NCBI GenBank assembly: GCA_965198115.1
Contig: OZ240241.1
Coordinates: 1,216,001-1,280,000, forward strand
Direction of reading: 5' to 3'
From: Candidatus Latescibacterota bacterium
GTDB lineage: Bacteria; Latescibacterota; UBA2968
DNA: 64,000 nt
The notes under the pieces were generated by a model, which worked only from the letters and a program-made list of their open reading frames with translations, had not been told where the DNA came from and made no database searches. Positions 1-9,514 of this stretch are shown one piece after another (within the stretch, counting starts at the first letter, position 1; each line of letters opens with the position of its first letter). Made by a program: the position numbers and the translations under genes.

Positions 1-277
1 TCAGGATGACCGTCGGGATGTCGAACTGATAAACGGTTTCCAAGACTTCGGGCTGTCGCTCCTTCGGTAAGCTCAGGATGTAGAGCATCTCTGTGTTTCC
101 GAAGACCTGAGCCCGATCGAACGTGAACAGCCCGACGAAACCCGACAGGGCCAAACCCGGTCGGTGGACGTCGCTCGAAACCAGCTCGTTCGACAGCCCC
201 TCACTCCCGGCCTCGAGGGTTAAATCCAGTCTCTCACCGAAGAGTTCGATCGCCTCCCCGACCGTGATGCTATCCAC
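1..277 (-). CDS. hprK: HPr kinase/phosphorylase, N-terminal part (runs off window edge)
   Basis: Manual translation from GTG at 277 includes ...SSDVHRPGLALSGFVGLFTFDRAQVFGNTEMLY, the typical HprK N-terminal motif. Lies directly downstream of hpf. Absent from the ORF track. Confidence 0.85.
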   Translation of the reverse strand, partial: MDSITVGEAIELFGERLDLTLEAGSEGLSNELVSSDVHRPGLALSGFVGLFTFDRAQVFGNTEMLYILSLPKERQPEVLETVYQFDIPTVIL

Positions 278-279
278 AG

Positions 280-606
280 CTATTCTCCGTCGCCTATCGG
301 CTGTGTCTGGGTCTCGGGACGATGTCCACGGCGTTTGTCGTGGAGCCGCTTCAGCTGCCGCCCCATCTTACCTAGGGAGACATCGACGGCCGTATAGACT
401 TTGTCGGCTGACCCGGTGGATTTCAGCGTTTGCGAAGAGACGTTGACGACAGTGTCGGTCCTGAACTGATGTGTCTCCTGGTGGATCGTCACGCTGACGT
501 CAATGAGTGGTGTGTAGAATCGTTCCAGCTTGGAAACCGTTTCTTCGACGTGTTCACGGATCGCTTCTGAAATATCGAAGTGATGACCCGAAACGCGAAC
601 TGTCAC
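280..606 (-). CDS. hpf: Ribosome hibernation promoting factor (HPF/RaiA, short form)
   Basis: VRVSGHHFDISEAIREHVEETVSKLERF...YTAVDVSLGKMGRQLKR matches the S30AE family. GTG start at 606 follows a purine-rich RBS. Confidence 0.9.
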   Translation of the reverse strand: MTVRVSGHHFDISEAIREHVEETVSKLERFYTPLIDVSVTIHQETHQFRTDTVVNVSSQTLKSTGSADKVYTAVDVSLGKMGRQLKRLHDKRRGHRPETQTQPIGDGE

Positions 607-625
607 GACGCCCCCTTTCTTTCGA

Positions 626-1069
626 TCAGGCATGGTTTGGCTCCCCCGGCGTGAAGCGTTTTCGCATTCTCACCGACGTACCACCCGACTCTGTCGAAAA
701 GTCCACATCATCCATGAATTCTTTCATCATTAGGATCCCCCGTCCAGAAGGATTCAGCAGATTCTCGCGTCGAAGCGGGTCTGGAACTCCAGCGGGATCG
801 AACCCGCTCCCCTCGTCTCTAACGATACACGTGAGCGTGTAGGGTTCGGTCACGATTCTGATATGTACGGTCTTTTCCGGATTTTCTTCGTTTCCGTGCT
901 GGATCGCGTTGTTGACCGCTTCCATGACGGAGATCATCAGGTCCACTTCATCGTCTTCGCCAATCCCGACGCGTTTGCCGGCCTCCTCGATCAGGCCGGC
1001 CACCTTTTCCATGGCATCATAGGTACTCGGAATAGTAAGCTCGAGCACGTCGGGCTTATTTTTCGGCAT
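626..1069 (-). CDS. Anti-sigma factor / RsbW-like Ser/Thr kinase (HATPase_c_2)
   Basis: EAVNNAIQHGN (N box), VRDEGSGFDP (G1), SGRGILMMKEFMDDV. Start taken at MPKNKPD. Confidence 0.85.
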   Translation of the reverse strand: MPKNKPDVLELTIPSTYDAMEKVAGLIEEAGKRVGIGEDDEVDLMISVMEAVNNAIQHGNEENPEKTVHIRIVTEPYTLTCIVRDEGSGFDPAGVPDPLRRENLLNPSGRGILMMKEFMDDVDFSTESGGTSVRMRKRFTPGEPNHA

Positions 1070-1094
1070 GGACGTCTTTCCCGTGAATGGCGCG

Positions 1095-1268
1095 TCACCC
1101 TGCCGAGAAGAATCGGCTTTTCGTCCCTTTGGTTGAGACGGCGATTCGAACGCGCTCCGAGCAACGAGGGCACGATGCGGCGTATGCCGTGCCCTTGGCG
1201 TTGAGGTAAGCCCGGGCGTAAACGTTGCAGCACCGAAATAACAGGCCGACAAACGGACGCCTTGTCAT
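1095..1268 (-). CDS. Small Cys-rich putative zinc-ribbon protein (57 aa)
   Basis: Manual translation MTRRPFVGLLFRCCNVYARAYLNAKGTAYAASCPRCSERVRIAVSTKGTKSRFFSAG (CC...CPRC). Below the ORF-track size cutoff; sits just downstream of a sigma70-like promoter. Confidence 0.7.
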   Translation of the reverse strand: MTRRPFVGLLFRCCNVYARAYLNAKGTAYAASCPRCSERVRIAVSTKGTKSRFFSAG

Positions 1269-1308
1269 GCGGCTAACCTTAATAAGAATAGAGGTTTTCG
1301 CCCGAAAG

Positions 1309-1338
1309 AATATAATCCAAGGCCGAAGAGCTTGTCAA
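1309..1338 (-). promoter_or_regulatory. Putative sigma70 promoter for the Zn-ribbon/rsbW/hpf/hprK operon
   Basis: Minus strand TTGACA-N18-TATATT. Confidence 0.55.
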
Positions 1339-1368
1339 GCAACGGCCGGTTTAACGGGCCAGACCAAC

Positions 1369-1398
1369 TTGACGCAAAGACGTTCGGGCGAGTATACT
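1369..1398 (+). promoter_or_regulatory. Putative sigma70 promoter for the antiporter pair
   Basis: TTGACG-N18-TATACT upstream of an AAGGAG RBS and GTG at 1443. Confidence 0.5.
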
Positions 1399-1442
1399 TC
1401 GCGCGACTGCGACTCGAATCGACCGGCGAAGGAGAATCTTCA

Positions 1443-2681
1443 GTGCTCGTCATTTTGATGGTTGCTACCCTGGCATGTCTGGTCTTTCTCCTGGGGACCC
1501 ATCTATATCAGCGTCACGGCCTCCCCGCCACGTTCGAGAGCCTTCGGGGCGGACGCTGGCATTTCTTCATACTAGGCGGGGGAGCCGTCTTCCTCATCAC
1601 CGAATTCGCCTTCCCCGTCGCCTCGGCAAGACCCCTCTTCCGGGGTCTCCTGGGCATCGGCCTCACCTGGATCGGGTTTCGAGCCGGCCTCGATTTCGAC
1701 TTCAGGCGATTGCAGCAGGCCAACAGGGGGCAAGTTCGCCGTGAGGTCATTCTGCTCCTCGCCGCATTCCTCTCCCTGTTCGTGGTCCTCGCCCTCTTGA
1801 TTCCGCCGGTTTCAGCCTTCCTCTCGATCGACCGTGGTGTCTACGTGGCGGTCCTCGTCCTTTCGGTCATCGGCCTGACTGCCCGATCTTCGAGATTTTT
1901 CGGTGTCACAACAGGCAAACCGATCGCACCGGTCGCGTCGGCTGTTTCGTTCATGGCGAATCCGACAGCGGTTTTGCTCCTGGGCATCCTGTATCCGGTC
2001 GTAGCTACGCCGAGCCTGAGTCACCTGGGCCCGTTTCGAATCGCTGGTTATCTCCCGACGATCGCTGTTTTGATTTTCCTCGGTCTTCTCCTTGGAATGA
2101 TGGTGGACTTCGTGTTCCGCGCCCACCGAAACGGCCAACGATGCACGTTCCTCACGCTATCCGCCTGTGCTGCGATCGCCGGGCCGTGTCTGCAGCTGGG
2201 ATTCCCGGTGATCGTGACTGGATTCGTGGGAGGTGTCTGGGTCATCAACACGACCGTGCGTAAGCGGGAAATTTCAGAACTCGCCGAATACGCCTCGAGC
2301 ATCGTCGAGCCCGTCTTCGTCCTGTTCCTCGGCGCGCTGACCGCCACCGATCATCTGGCCGGAAGCATCGACCCGAAAATGGCCGCTGCGATCGCCACTG
2401 GGTTTCTGATTCTGCGGGGAACAGCCCGATCGACGAGGTCGCTCGTGGCACTCGCAGCACGTGTCCGACCGAGTCGCGGTCCCGTCCACGCGATCCAGGC
2501 GTGGTTGCCCCTCGGAAGAACATCGATCGGGCTCATTGCCCAGCTCGCGCTGTTTCCGATGGATGTCCCACTGCTCGTGACCGGACTGCTTCTGGCTGTC
2601 GTCTTGTCGCAGTCGATCGTTCTGCCGGCGCGGGTCACGGGGCCGGGTGTGGCCACCGCCCAGAACGGAGCGGCCACGTGA
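1443..2681 (+). CDS. Polytopic membrane protein, cation:proton antiporter (CPA)-like
   Basis: About 12 hydrophobic segments; GLTWIGFRAGLDFDF and EPVFVLFLG resemble CPA-family helices. GTG start with AAGGAG RBS. Confidence 0.6.
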   Translation: MLVILMVATLACLVFLLGTHLYQRHGLPATFESLRGGRWHFFILGGGAVFLITEFAFPVASARPLFRGLLGIGLTWIGFRAGLDFDFRRLQQANRGQVRREVILLLAAFLSLFVVLALLIPPVSAFLSIDRGVYVAVLVLSVIGLTARSSRFFGVTTGKPIAPVASAVSFMANPTAVLLLGILYPVVATPSLSHLGPFRIAGYLPTIAVLIFLGLLLGMMVDFVFRAHRNGQRCTFLTLSACAAIAGPCLQLGFPVIVTGFVGGVWVINTTVRKREISELAEYASSIVEPVFVLFLGALTATDHLAGSIDPKMAAAIATGFLILRGTARSTRSLVALAARVRPSRGPVHAIQAWLPLGRTSIGLIAQLALFPMDVPLLVTGLLLAVVLSQSIVLPARVTGPGVATAQNGAAT

Positions 2682-3913
2682 GAAACCTCTTCATCTGCTT
2701 CCTGTTGGCGACGATGGTCTTCCTCGCGCAGCGTGGTCCCGATCCCCTGACCGAACCTTCGACCTACCTGGGCATCATGCTGATCATTCCCATTTTGGGG
2801 GCCCGCCTCTTCAGGAACTGGAGGCTACCTCCCCCCGTCGGCGCCCTCGCTGCGGGATTCATGTTGGGTCCGACAGGGCTCCTGTCCTCCTCGGTGCTGG
2901 CAACGATCGAACCGTTCACGGCACTTGCGTACGCCTGGGTGGGCACTCATCTGGGGGTGATCTGCTCTCGTCCGATCGCACTCAACGGGCGCTCGATCGT
3001 CGCCGCCGCCGCACCCGTGATTGGATGCACCCTCACCGGCACCATTCTGTTCTCGTGGCTCTACCCCCTCGACCTCAGGGAAGCCCTTCGTGTGGGCCTC
3101 CTCGCCTCGATGACGGCGCCAATCTTCGTTCAGCTGACGGTGCCCTATCGTCGAGAGCCCCTTGCTCAGGCGAGTCTGGTCTCCCTGGTCGTGCTCCTCC
3201 TGCTGGCCTTGACCGCGCTCCCCGAACTGGGGATGCCGAGTCTCGGCAAGCGGGATGTTCTGGCGGCGGGCTTCGTCGTTCTGCTGCTCGAGCTGGGCTA
3301 CCGGTGCTATCGATCGGTCCGCACCGAACCCGGTCGGTATGTCCTGTTCATCCTTCTATCCGGCGCCCTCACGAGTCTGTCGCTTCAGCAGGACGTACAC
3401 CCCCTCCTGTTGGGGAGTGGATTCGGCCTGGTGTTCGGGCTTCGGGCGCGCAAGTTTCGGGACGGATTCAAGCCGCTGGAGGAGAGTTCGGTCTATCTTG
3501 GACCCTTCATACTGGGGAGTCTTGCAGCCGGTCTGGAACCCAACCGACTGTTGGCGCTCGGACCAGTCGAGTGGGAATTCGCGGTCGTCTATGTCGTCAC
3601 GCTTGTCGTGGGGAAAACGATCGGAGGAATGTTAGGCAGTCGTCTCACGGGTGCGCCGCTGGGCATCTGGGCCCTGAGCTATGCCCAGGGTGTCGCTTTG
3701 CCCTTGCTGCTCCCTTCGATCGTGCCCACGCGTCTGTTCCTCGGGGCGCGCGCCCACGACCCGACGCTGTTCCTGACCGCGCTCGTTTTTCTCGCGGGTG
3801 TGCTTCCGGCCATCGCTGTTTCGGTAAGAACAGGGCTCGGACAGGGTACGGGCAGTCAGCCCGTGGTTCTTAGGGAACGCGCAGCCGCTTCCGGTGGCAT
3901 CGGATTGGTGTAG
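2678..3913 (+). CDS. Second CPA-like polytopic membrane protein
   Basis: GTGA overlap with the previous stop; LPPPVGALAAGFMLGPTGL and VVGKTIGG are CPA2-like motifs. Confidence 0.6.
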   Translation: MRNLFICFLLATMVFLAQRGPDPLTEPSTYLGIMLIIPILGARLFRNWRLPPPVGALAAGFMLGPTGLLSSSVLATIEPFTALAYAWVGTHLGVICSRPIALNGRSIVAAAAPVIGCTLTGTILFSWLYPLDLREALRVGLLASMTAPIFVQLTVPYRREPLAQASLVSLVVLLLLALTALPELGMPSLGKRDVLAAGFVVLLLELGYRCYRSVRTEPGRYVLFILLSGALTSLSLQQDVHPLLLGSGFGLVFGLRARKFRDGFKPLEESSVYLGPFILGSLAAGLEPNRLLALGPVEWEFAVVYVVTLVVGKTIGGMLGSRLTGAPLGIWALSYAQGVALPLLLPSIVPTRLFLGARAHDPTLFLTALVFLAGVLPAIAVSVRTGLGQGTGSQPVVLRERAAASGGIGLV

Positions 3914-4881
3914 AATCCGGTGCCCCATTCAAAGCCGGCGATCGGCGTGACGCGGGGAATGATTTCCAGATGCCAGTGGTAGTCGTCCTGGATGGTCGTC
4001 AAATAGTCCGGCAGTCGTGGATCGGATTCTGTGTTCGGGGAAGTATGAAGGACGAAATTATAGGGAGGATCGCGAAGCACCGTTTTGAGCCGGTCGAGCA
4101 CGTGTTGAACGGCCGAACCCAAAGCTGCCAGCGTGGTTTCGTCCGCCAGACTGAAATCGTGACCGTGACGTCTGGGGGCGATCATCACCTCGTAAGGGAA
4201 TCGAGACGCCCACGGTGCCCAAGCAAGAAAGGCGTCCGTTTCAAGGATCACGCGCTCCCGAGACTCCAACTCTTGACGAATGACGTCGCAGAACAGGCAT
4301 CGCGAGTGCTGCAGATAATAGTCACGCGCCGATGTCAGTTCTTGCCGAACCGTGTTGGGTGTGACGGGTAAGCCGATGATCTGGGTGTGCGAGTGGGACA
4401 TGGAGGCACCCGCCTCCACGCCGTGATTCTTGAACACAAGCAGGTAGCGAAGTCGATGGTCGCCGATCAGGTCCCGAATGCGCTCCCGGCACGCACGAAA
4501 AACACGGGCAACCTGATCGGGCGGCAGGTCGGCCAGGTCGGGCTGGGGTGATGGGGCGTCGATCACGACCTCGTGAACACCGACGCCATCCATTTCTTCG
4601 AACAGACCGTTCCGGATGGTCTCTGTGCTGCCCTCGATGCCGAGCACGGGAAACTTGTTCGGAACGACCCGAACCAACCACCCGGGTGTATCGGGTTTAC
4701 GGTCCCCGTCCGCGATGGCGAAGAGTTCCGGGGGTGTGCGCCCCTCGTTCCCCTCGGCGAAGGGCGAAAACGCCATCCTCACATCATCTCGCTCGACGAC
4801 GAAGTCCGCCGGTTCGACCGACCGATCGGTCGAGATAATCACCCACCGACGTTGGATCACATCGTATCTGAGCCTCGACAT
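3856..4881 (-). CDS. galT: Galactose-1-phosphate uridylyltransferase-like (GalT/HIT superfamily)
   Basis: RVVPNKFP, GVHEVVI, FKNHGVEAGASMSHSHTQI (HxHxQ), YHWHLEIIPR, AGFEWGTG. Confidence 0.85.
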   Translation of the reverse strand: MSRLRYDVIQRRWVIISTDRSVEPADFVVERDDVRMAFSPFAEGNEGRTPPELFAIADGDRKPDTPGWLVRVVPNKFPVLGIEGSTETIRNGLFEEMDGVGVHEVVIDAPSPQPDLADLPPDQVARVFRACRERIRDLIGDHRLRYLLVFKNHGVEAGASMSHSHTQIIGLPVTPNTVRQELTSARDYYLQHSRCLFCDVIRQELESRERVILETDAFLAWAPWASRFPYEVMIAPRRHGHDFSLADETTLAALGSAVQHVLDRLKTVLRDPPYNFVLHTSPNTESDPRLPDYLTTIQDDYHWHLEIIPRVTPIAGFEWGTGFYTNPMPPEAAARSLRTTG

Positions 4882-4889
4882 CGCCGACC

Positions 4890-6086
4890 TCAGTTCATCC
4901 ATCCCGTGATGGCGAACGTCTGCCTCAGAAACGTCTCGGACGCTCCGTGCTGTTGCGTGCTCCCTCGACGCCCTCCTTCGAGCACCCACCGAAACAGCCC
5001 CGACCCTCGAAACGGAATGGTGACACCGAAGCTTGCGCCCGTTTCGACGATCTGGTCGGCAGTCCCCGTGTCGAAGTAGAGCCCACGCCGGAAACCGCCT
5101 GCGGTCAGTTCGTGCCGGCGCTGGCGATGGATCGGATCTTCCCGTCCAGTCCGGTATAGAATGCCCGCCGCAATCTCGATCGTATCCTTGCTCCGACCCG
5201 TCGTTTCACTCCATCGTGCCATCTCGAAATCCAGAGCAGCGATCCACTTGTCCGAGCGTGTCAGGGCCACACCCCCTCCAACGATGAGGGGCAGGTCGAC
5301 ATCCGTTTCGGTTTCTGCCTGGCCCGGGACGAGACCGATCTGGACGGCTCGCGACTCCCGAAGTGTCCTCTCGGTGATCGTAACCGGTGGCTTGACCGCA
5401 ACACCCAGGTTGATGAAACCTCGACTGAAGACAGCCCCGACGTGAGGTTGGAGACCTCGATACGTCCGTGTGACAAGATCATCGGAGCCGAGGAGGCGTC
5501 GGTCGGTGAAGACTTTCTCCCACGATTCGTTGATGGTGCCGACGACCAGCAAGTCCAGTCGCCCCCCGACGTAGAACTTCTGGCCCGCACGGAACCCCAG
5601 ACCCAACCCGAGAGCCTGTGCGCCCCCCGCTCCCTTAAAACGCACGACACCACGTGCCAAGCCGGATCCCGAGGTATCGACGACAGAGGCGTCCACGTCC
5701 GACACGGGCTCTAACACCACACCCAGTACGGTCCCTCGCCCCAAGGGCAACACCAGTCGCAGACCGCCGATGTCCCCGTCGGCAACGGCCTCGCTCTGGC
5801 CAGCGAAGTCACTCACCGACCTCCGCTGTGCGACGTAGGTCGCCGAAAACGCCGATCTTTCGAAGGACGCGATCAATGCAGGGTTCGCGCTGCTGAAATT
5901 GCGACCGTCGACAATCGCGCGTCCCGCGCCGCCCATGCCTGTCGATCGGCTGTCTACACGACGGATGAGGTAGCCCAAATCCTGGAATGAAAACACCGAG
6001 GCAGCCTCGCTGCTGTTCACCGCTATCAGGCATAGAACGACCAACATCAGCCCCGTCGGGACGCTCTGGCGGATGGGGCTAACCAT
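4890..6086 (-). CDS. Outer-membrane beta-barrel protein (FadL/long-chain fatty acid transporter-like)
   Basis: Signal peptide; RSTGMGGAG...NPA motif of FadL-like barrels; amphipathic beta-strands. Confidence 0.65.
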   Translation of the reverse strand: MVSPIRQSVPTGLMLVVLCLIAVNSSEAASVFSFQDLGYLIRRVDSRSTGMGGAGRAIVDGRNFSSANPALIASFERSAFSATYVAQRRSVSDFAGQSEAVADGDIGGLRLVLPLGRGTVLGVVLEPVSDVDASVVDTSGSGLARGVVRFKGAGGAQALGLGLGFRAGQKFYVGGRLDLLVVGTINESWEKVFTDRRLLGSDDLVTRTYRGLQPHVGAVFSRGFINLGVAVKPPVTITERTLRESRAVQIGLVPGQAETETDVDLPLIVGGGVALTRSDKWIAALDFEMARWSETTGRSKDTIEIAAGILYRTGREDPIHRQRRHELTAGGFRRGLYFDTGTADQIVETGASFGVTIPFRGSGLFRWVLEGGRRGSTQQHGASETFLRQTFAITGWMN

Positions 6087-7260
6087 CAGACTCGGGCGGA
6101 AGCGTGTAGATCAGCCGTAGCTTCGGGTTTCTGATTTCGAGCCACTCGTATCTCCCCTCGAAGAACGGGAACAGTGCGATACCCTGGTTCTCGACAAGAC
6201 CCGATACCCACGCCTGGACGAGGAAATGATCCACCCTGAACAGGATGGCCGTGCTCGTCCCAGTAGCGACAAACGAGCTAAACGCATCCTGGACGCGGAC
6301 AAACGTCGTATCCTGCCCCGTTCTGTCGACGTCCACGCGCCGGATGTTCACGGTCAGATCGTCCGATAGCGAGGCGTCCAGGTCAACATCGGCGGACACC
6401 TGTGCGAAATTGACCGTCGCGTCAGCAGGAATGGCAGGCAGGTCGAAGCGCAGATGCACGGATCGGGCGACCCCCGTCTGAAGAATCAGCGCACCTTCCT
6501 TGACCGCCTCTTCGCGCAGCCCGTAATACGTATCCTCGGACAGGGGCAGCGCCACCCGCTCCCCGGATGTTGTGGTCAACCTGAGAAACGGTCTTTTTGC
6601 GAGTGCTTCCGCATCGGGTGCGCCATCTTCGTTGCGGTCGATGAAGAACTCCCGCGACGCTGCGACAATCAGGTAGTCCTCGAGCGGACCCTCGACAGGC
6701 GCAAGACCGAATACGATGTCAGGCCGGTTCCCGGCCAGCGCATCCTGGACCATCGCTGGGGGAATAGTCAGCGTCAGAACAGAGTCTTCCCTCACTTCAG
6801 GCAAATGCGGCGATTCGATCGCCACTTCGAAGGCGACCTCGTTTCCGGAAGTATCAACGAAGGAGGTTGCCTCACTCCAGACGGTGCTGGCAGACAGAAG
6901 CGAGATTCCCCCCTCCCCTCGCTGGCCCGTCGTCACGAGCGACAGGACGATCTCTGCGCCCGCAATGTTCTCGCTCTGAATGGGTACGGATGCGGAGTCG
7001 AATCGTGCCCGAAGCAGTGAACGATACGCCACACCGTGCATCCGACCGATGATCAGTTCTCCGTCAGCACCCAGAATAAAACGGGTGAGTCCGTCAAAGT
7101 GGGTACTGGCATTCGCGGCGCTCGACGGAGGAATCTCAACCGTCTCTCCGACAGCCTGTTCCAACAAATTCAAGCCCACGGGGGTGGGATCCGTCGACCC
7201 GCAGGCACCGGCGAGAAGTAGCGTGAAGCCATATATCGATATGTGTAGAAGTCGCCTCAT
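6079..7260 (-). CDS. Lipoprotein (DUF4270-like), unknown function
   Basis: Lipobox LAGAC; C-terminal NPKLRLIYT resembles DUF4270-type ends. Overlaps the start of the OM barrel gene. Confidence 0.5.
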   Translation of the reverse strand: MRRLLHISIYGFTLLLAGACGSTDPTPVGLNLLEQAVGETVEIPPSSAANASTHFDGLTRFILGADGELIIGRMHGVAYRSLLRARFDSASVPIQSENIAGAEIVLSLVTTGQRGEGGISLLSASTVWSEATSFVDTSGNEVAFEVAIESPHLPEVREDSVLTLTIPPAMVQDALAGNRPDIVFGLAPVEGPLEDYLIVAASREFFIDRNEDGAPDAEALAKRPFLRLTTTSGERVALPLSEDTYYGLREEAVKEGALILQTGVARSVHLRFDLPAIPADATVNFAQVSADVDLDASLSDDLTVNIRRVDVDRTGQDTTFVRVQDAFSSFVATGTSTAILFRVDHFLVQAWVSGLVENQGIALFPFFEGRYEWLEIRNPKLRLIYTLPPESDG

Positions 7261-7292
7261 AGGCTTTCTTACGCCTGAACACACGTCAGGAT

Positions 7293-8992
7293 TCACGAAC
7301 CACCGATTCGGGACAATGCGGGAAAGAACAAATCCGTGCAAACCCGCTCCCACGTCATTCGTGCGGCTGTCGCCCGTCCAGACTCGATCAGGGTTCTCCG
7401 ATCGCGGTCGGTCCTTGGCAACGCGCTGTATAGACGGTCCGCCAGGGCTCGGCTTCGATCCCACTCGATTGCCTCGCGCTCTGCTGTCGTCATACTCAAC
7501 GTATCCTTCAGACTCGAACATCCCGCGACGTAGTCGGCGACCATCAGGTTAGGTTCTCCCCCACCCGCCGCTTCGACGGCAGCCACGCATCCGCAAACCG
7601 AGCTGACGGCACAGATCGTGCCCGCGGCCAGAGGCTCGAGCTGGGCGATTCCGAAGGGCTCGTAGATGGAGAGCCCGAACTCCACGTCAGAACCCCACCG
7701 CAGGTCCTCGAAGGTCGTGTCATCGGACATGCCGGGTCCACACGAAATCGCATCCCATCCGAACTGATTGACGAGGACAGCACGAATCGACCCTGCGTAG
7801 GCATTGAACCCGCAGATCGCCCGCCAGCAGTCGATCTCGCCCCCTTCCAGGTCGGGAAACCCCACCTCGTGGTGGACGGGCCAGCCGTAGGACGCGACCA
7901 TCTTCTGAACCTGGGCGGGCGGGCTCCCACAGCCGTCGAGACCACGAAGAGCACCCCCCGAAGACCCTCTTTCCGAAAACGTTCATCCAACCCCGTCAGA
8001 ACCTGGAGGTCACGCCAGTAGCCTTTGCTACGAACGGGACGTGCAACGTGCGTAAAGACATAGTCGGGTCGAAAGCCAAGAAGTGCCTCGGCGTAGTCCT
8101 GCAGTCTACGTTTCGATCGTGTTTTCTGCCGGCTGTCGACCGGATCGCACGGAATCCCGTTAAAGACCAGATCGATCGGGTAGACCTTCAGGGCCGGTGT
8201 CAGGAACCTCAGTTCCTGTTCGGTTTGGCGACCGACGGCAAAAATCGCGTCACACGCGTCTGACCTGGAAATGAGCGCGTGTCGCGGGTGGGACGACTGG
8301 TCTCCGAAAACGTCCGCGATCGACTGACCGTTACGCGATGCCTCGGCCACGGCCGCGTAGAACATGGTGTCGTGGCCCGGTGTCGTCTCGACGATATTCC
8401 TGGCGGTCGACACTTCGTGCGCGTAAAAGATGGTTCGCAGCTTCGACCCCCGTGCAGCCAGGGCGGTCGGCATTCCCATGAATTCGTGCGCGAGGAGATA
8501 ACACGGGACGCGTGTCGACCGTAGTATCAGCTCGAGAACGGCGAGCGCTGGAGGCGCGATCCCCGTGTAGGTGGCGAAATCGGAATCCCCTTCGTATCGA
8601 TCGCTCTCCAATCCGTGTGTCTCGTAAAGCCGGCTCTTGAGCGCCACATCGTGGCGAGAACCGATCCGCACGGGTCCCACGAGTATGATCTCGGCCCGAA
8701 CCTCATTCCCGAACGCTCGCCATCCATAAACGACGTCCACATCGAATTCGGCCACGACGGCATCCAGGCTGCGCGACAACGGAGTGCGGGACACACACGA
8801 CCGACTGCAGTATAGCACCTCCCCGACGCGAGCCAGCTGGGCCGCGTCGTCGGTCGCCGTGACCGGTCCGACGAGCAGCGTCCTCAGGACCCGATCCTGG
8901 TAGACGTCCGCGGTGATCATCCCCTCGATGACCGCCCCAATCCCGCCGACTTTCCGGACCGCCTCGTGAGTCACGTGGGCAATCACACACAT
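7293..8992 (-). CDS. Glycogen-synthase-like glycosyltransferase (GT3-like), split by one frameshift near 7912
   Basis: HEAVRKVGGIGAV (KVGG motif), AHEFMG, and SIYEPFGIAQLE in the second frame. Adding one C to the run near 7912 joins ORFs 7544..8992 and 7293..7901. Confidence 0.7.
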
Positions 8993-8998
8993 GATGAA

Positions 8999-9514
8999 TC
9001 AATACACGCGATCGATGATGATTTCGAGGTCGTGGGTTCCAGCCGCGATCGGATTCTGCACGCACGTCCCTTCCAAGTCGCCCGACTGAGTGCCGGCCAT
9101 ACCATCCTGATCCACACGGGCGATCAGATACATTTCGGGAATGTCCGCGAACACGATGCCTTCCCCGAGCATCTTGGCGACATCGGCCTGGCCCATGGTG
9201 AAAGTGTGCGGAAAAGCGGGCACACGTGTACGCCGGAAGGCGTAGGGCGGGCCACCATCCGCTCGTTCACGCGCAATCAGATACAGATAGGCGTTTCGAG
9301 GCAATCGCCCGGCCAGACCCGGCGCCAGGCGAATCGTCCCACTGATGGCCCCGGGCGCTCCTGCAGTATCCGATTCTCCGCCTGGCGGATGGCCGGCGAG
9401 CGAGACAGTGGCAGGACGGGGTAACGGTTTGGGGGGCGGGTGGGTTCCTTCCTCGTAATTCTGCCCGCATCCCCCAAAAATGAGGAGCGGAACGAGCAAC
9501 GACAGGGAGCTCAC
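8999..9514 (-). CDS. Lipoprotein with CcmI/CycH C-terminal Ig-like domain
   Basis: Lipobox FGGC; YLYLIAR...GGPP...FPHTFTMG...LIARVDQDG...GDLEG pattern. Confidence 0.6.
   Translation of the reverse strand: MSSLSLLVPLLIFGGCGQNYEEGTHPPPKPLPRPATVSLAGHPPGGESDTAGAPGAISGTIRLAPGLAGRLPRNAYLYLIARERADGGPPYAFRRTRVPAFPHTFTMGQADVAKMLGEGIVFADIPEMYLIARVDQDGMAGTQSGDLEGTCVQNPIAAGTHDLEIIIDRVY

Noticed and set aside
1070-1252. Extension of the RsbW-like ORF, or a possible ncRNA leader
   Set aside because: Better explained by the 57-aa Cys-rich ORF in another frame.
2647-3873. 408-aa Arg/Gly-rich ORF
   Set aside because: Alternative frame of the second antiporter gene with low-information composition.
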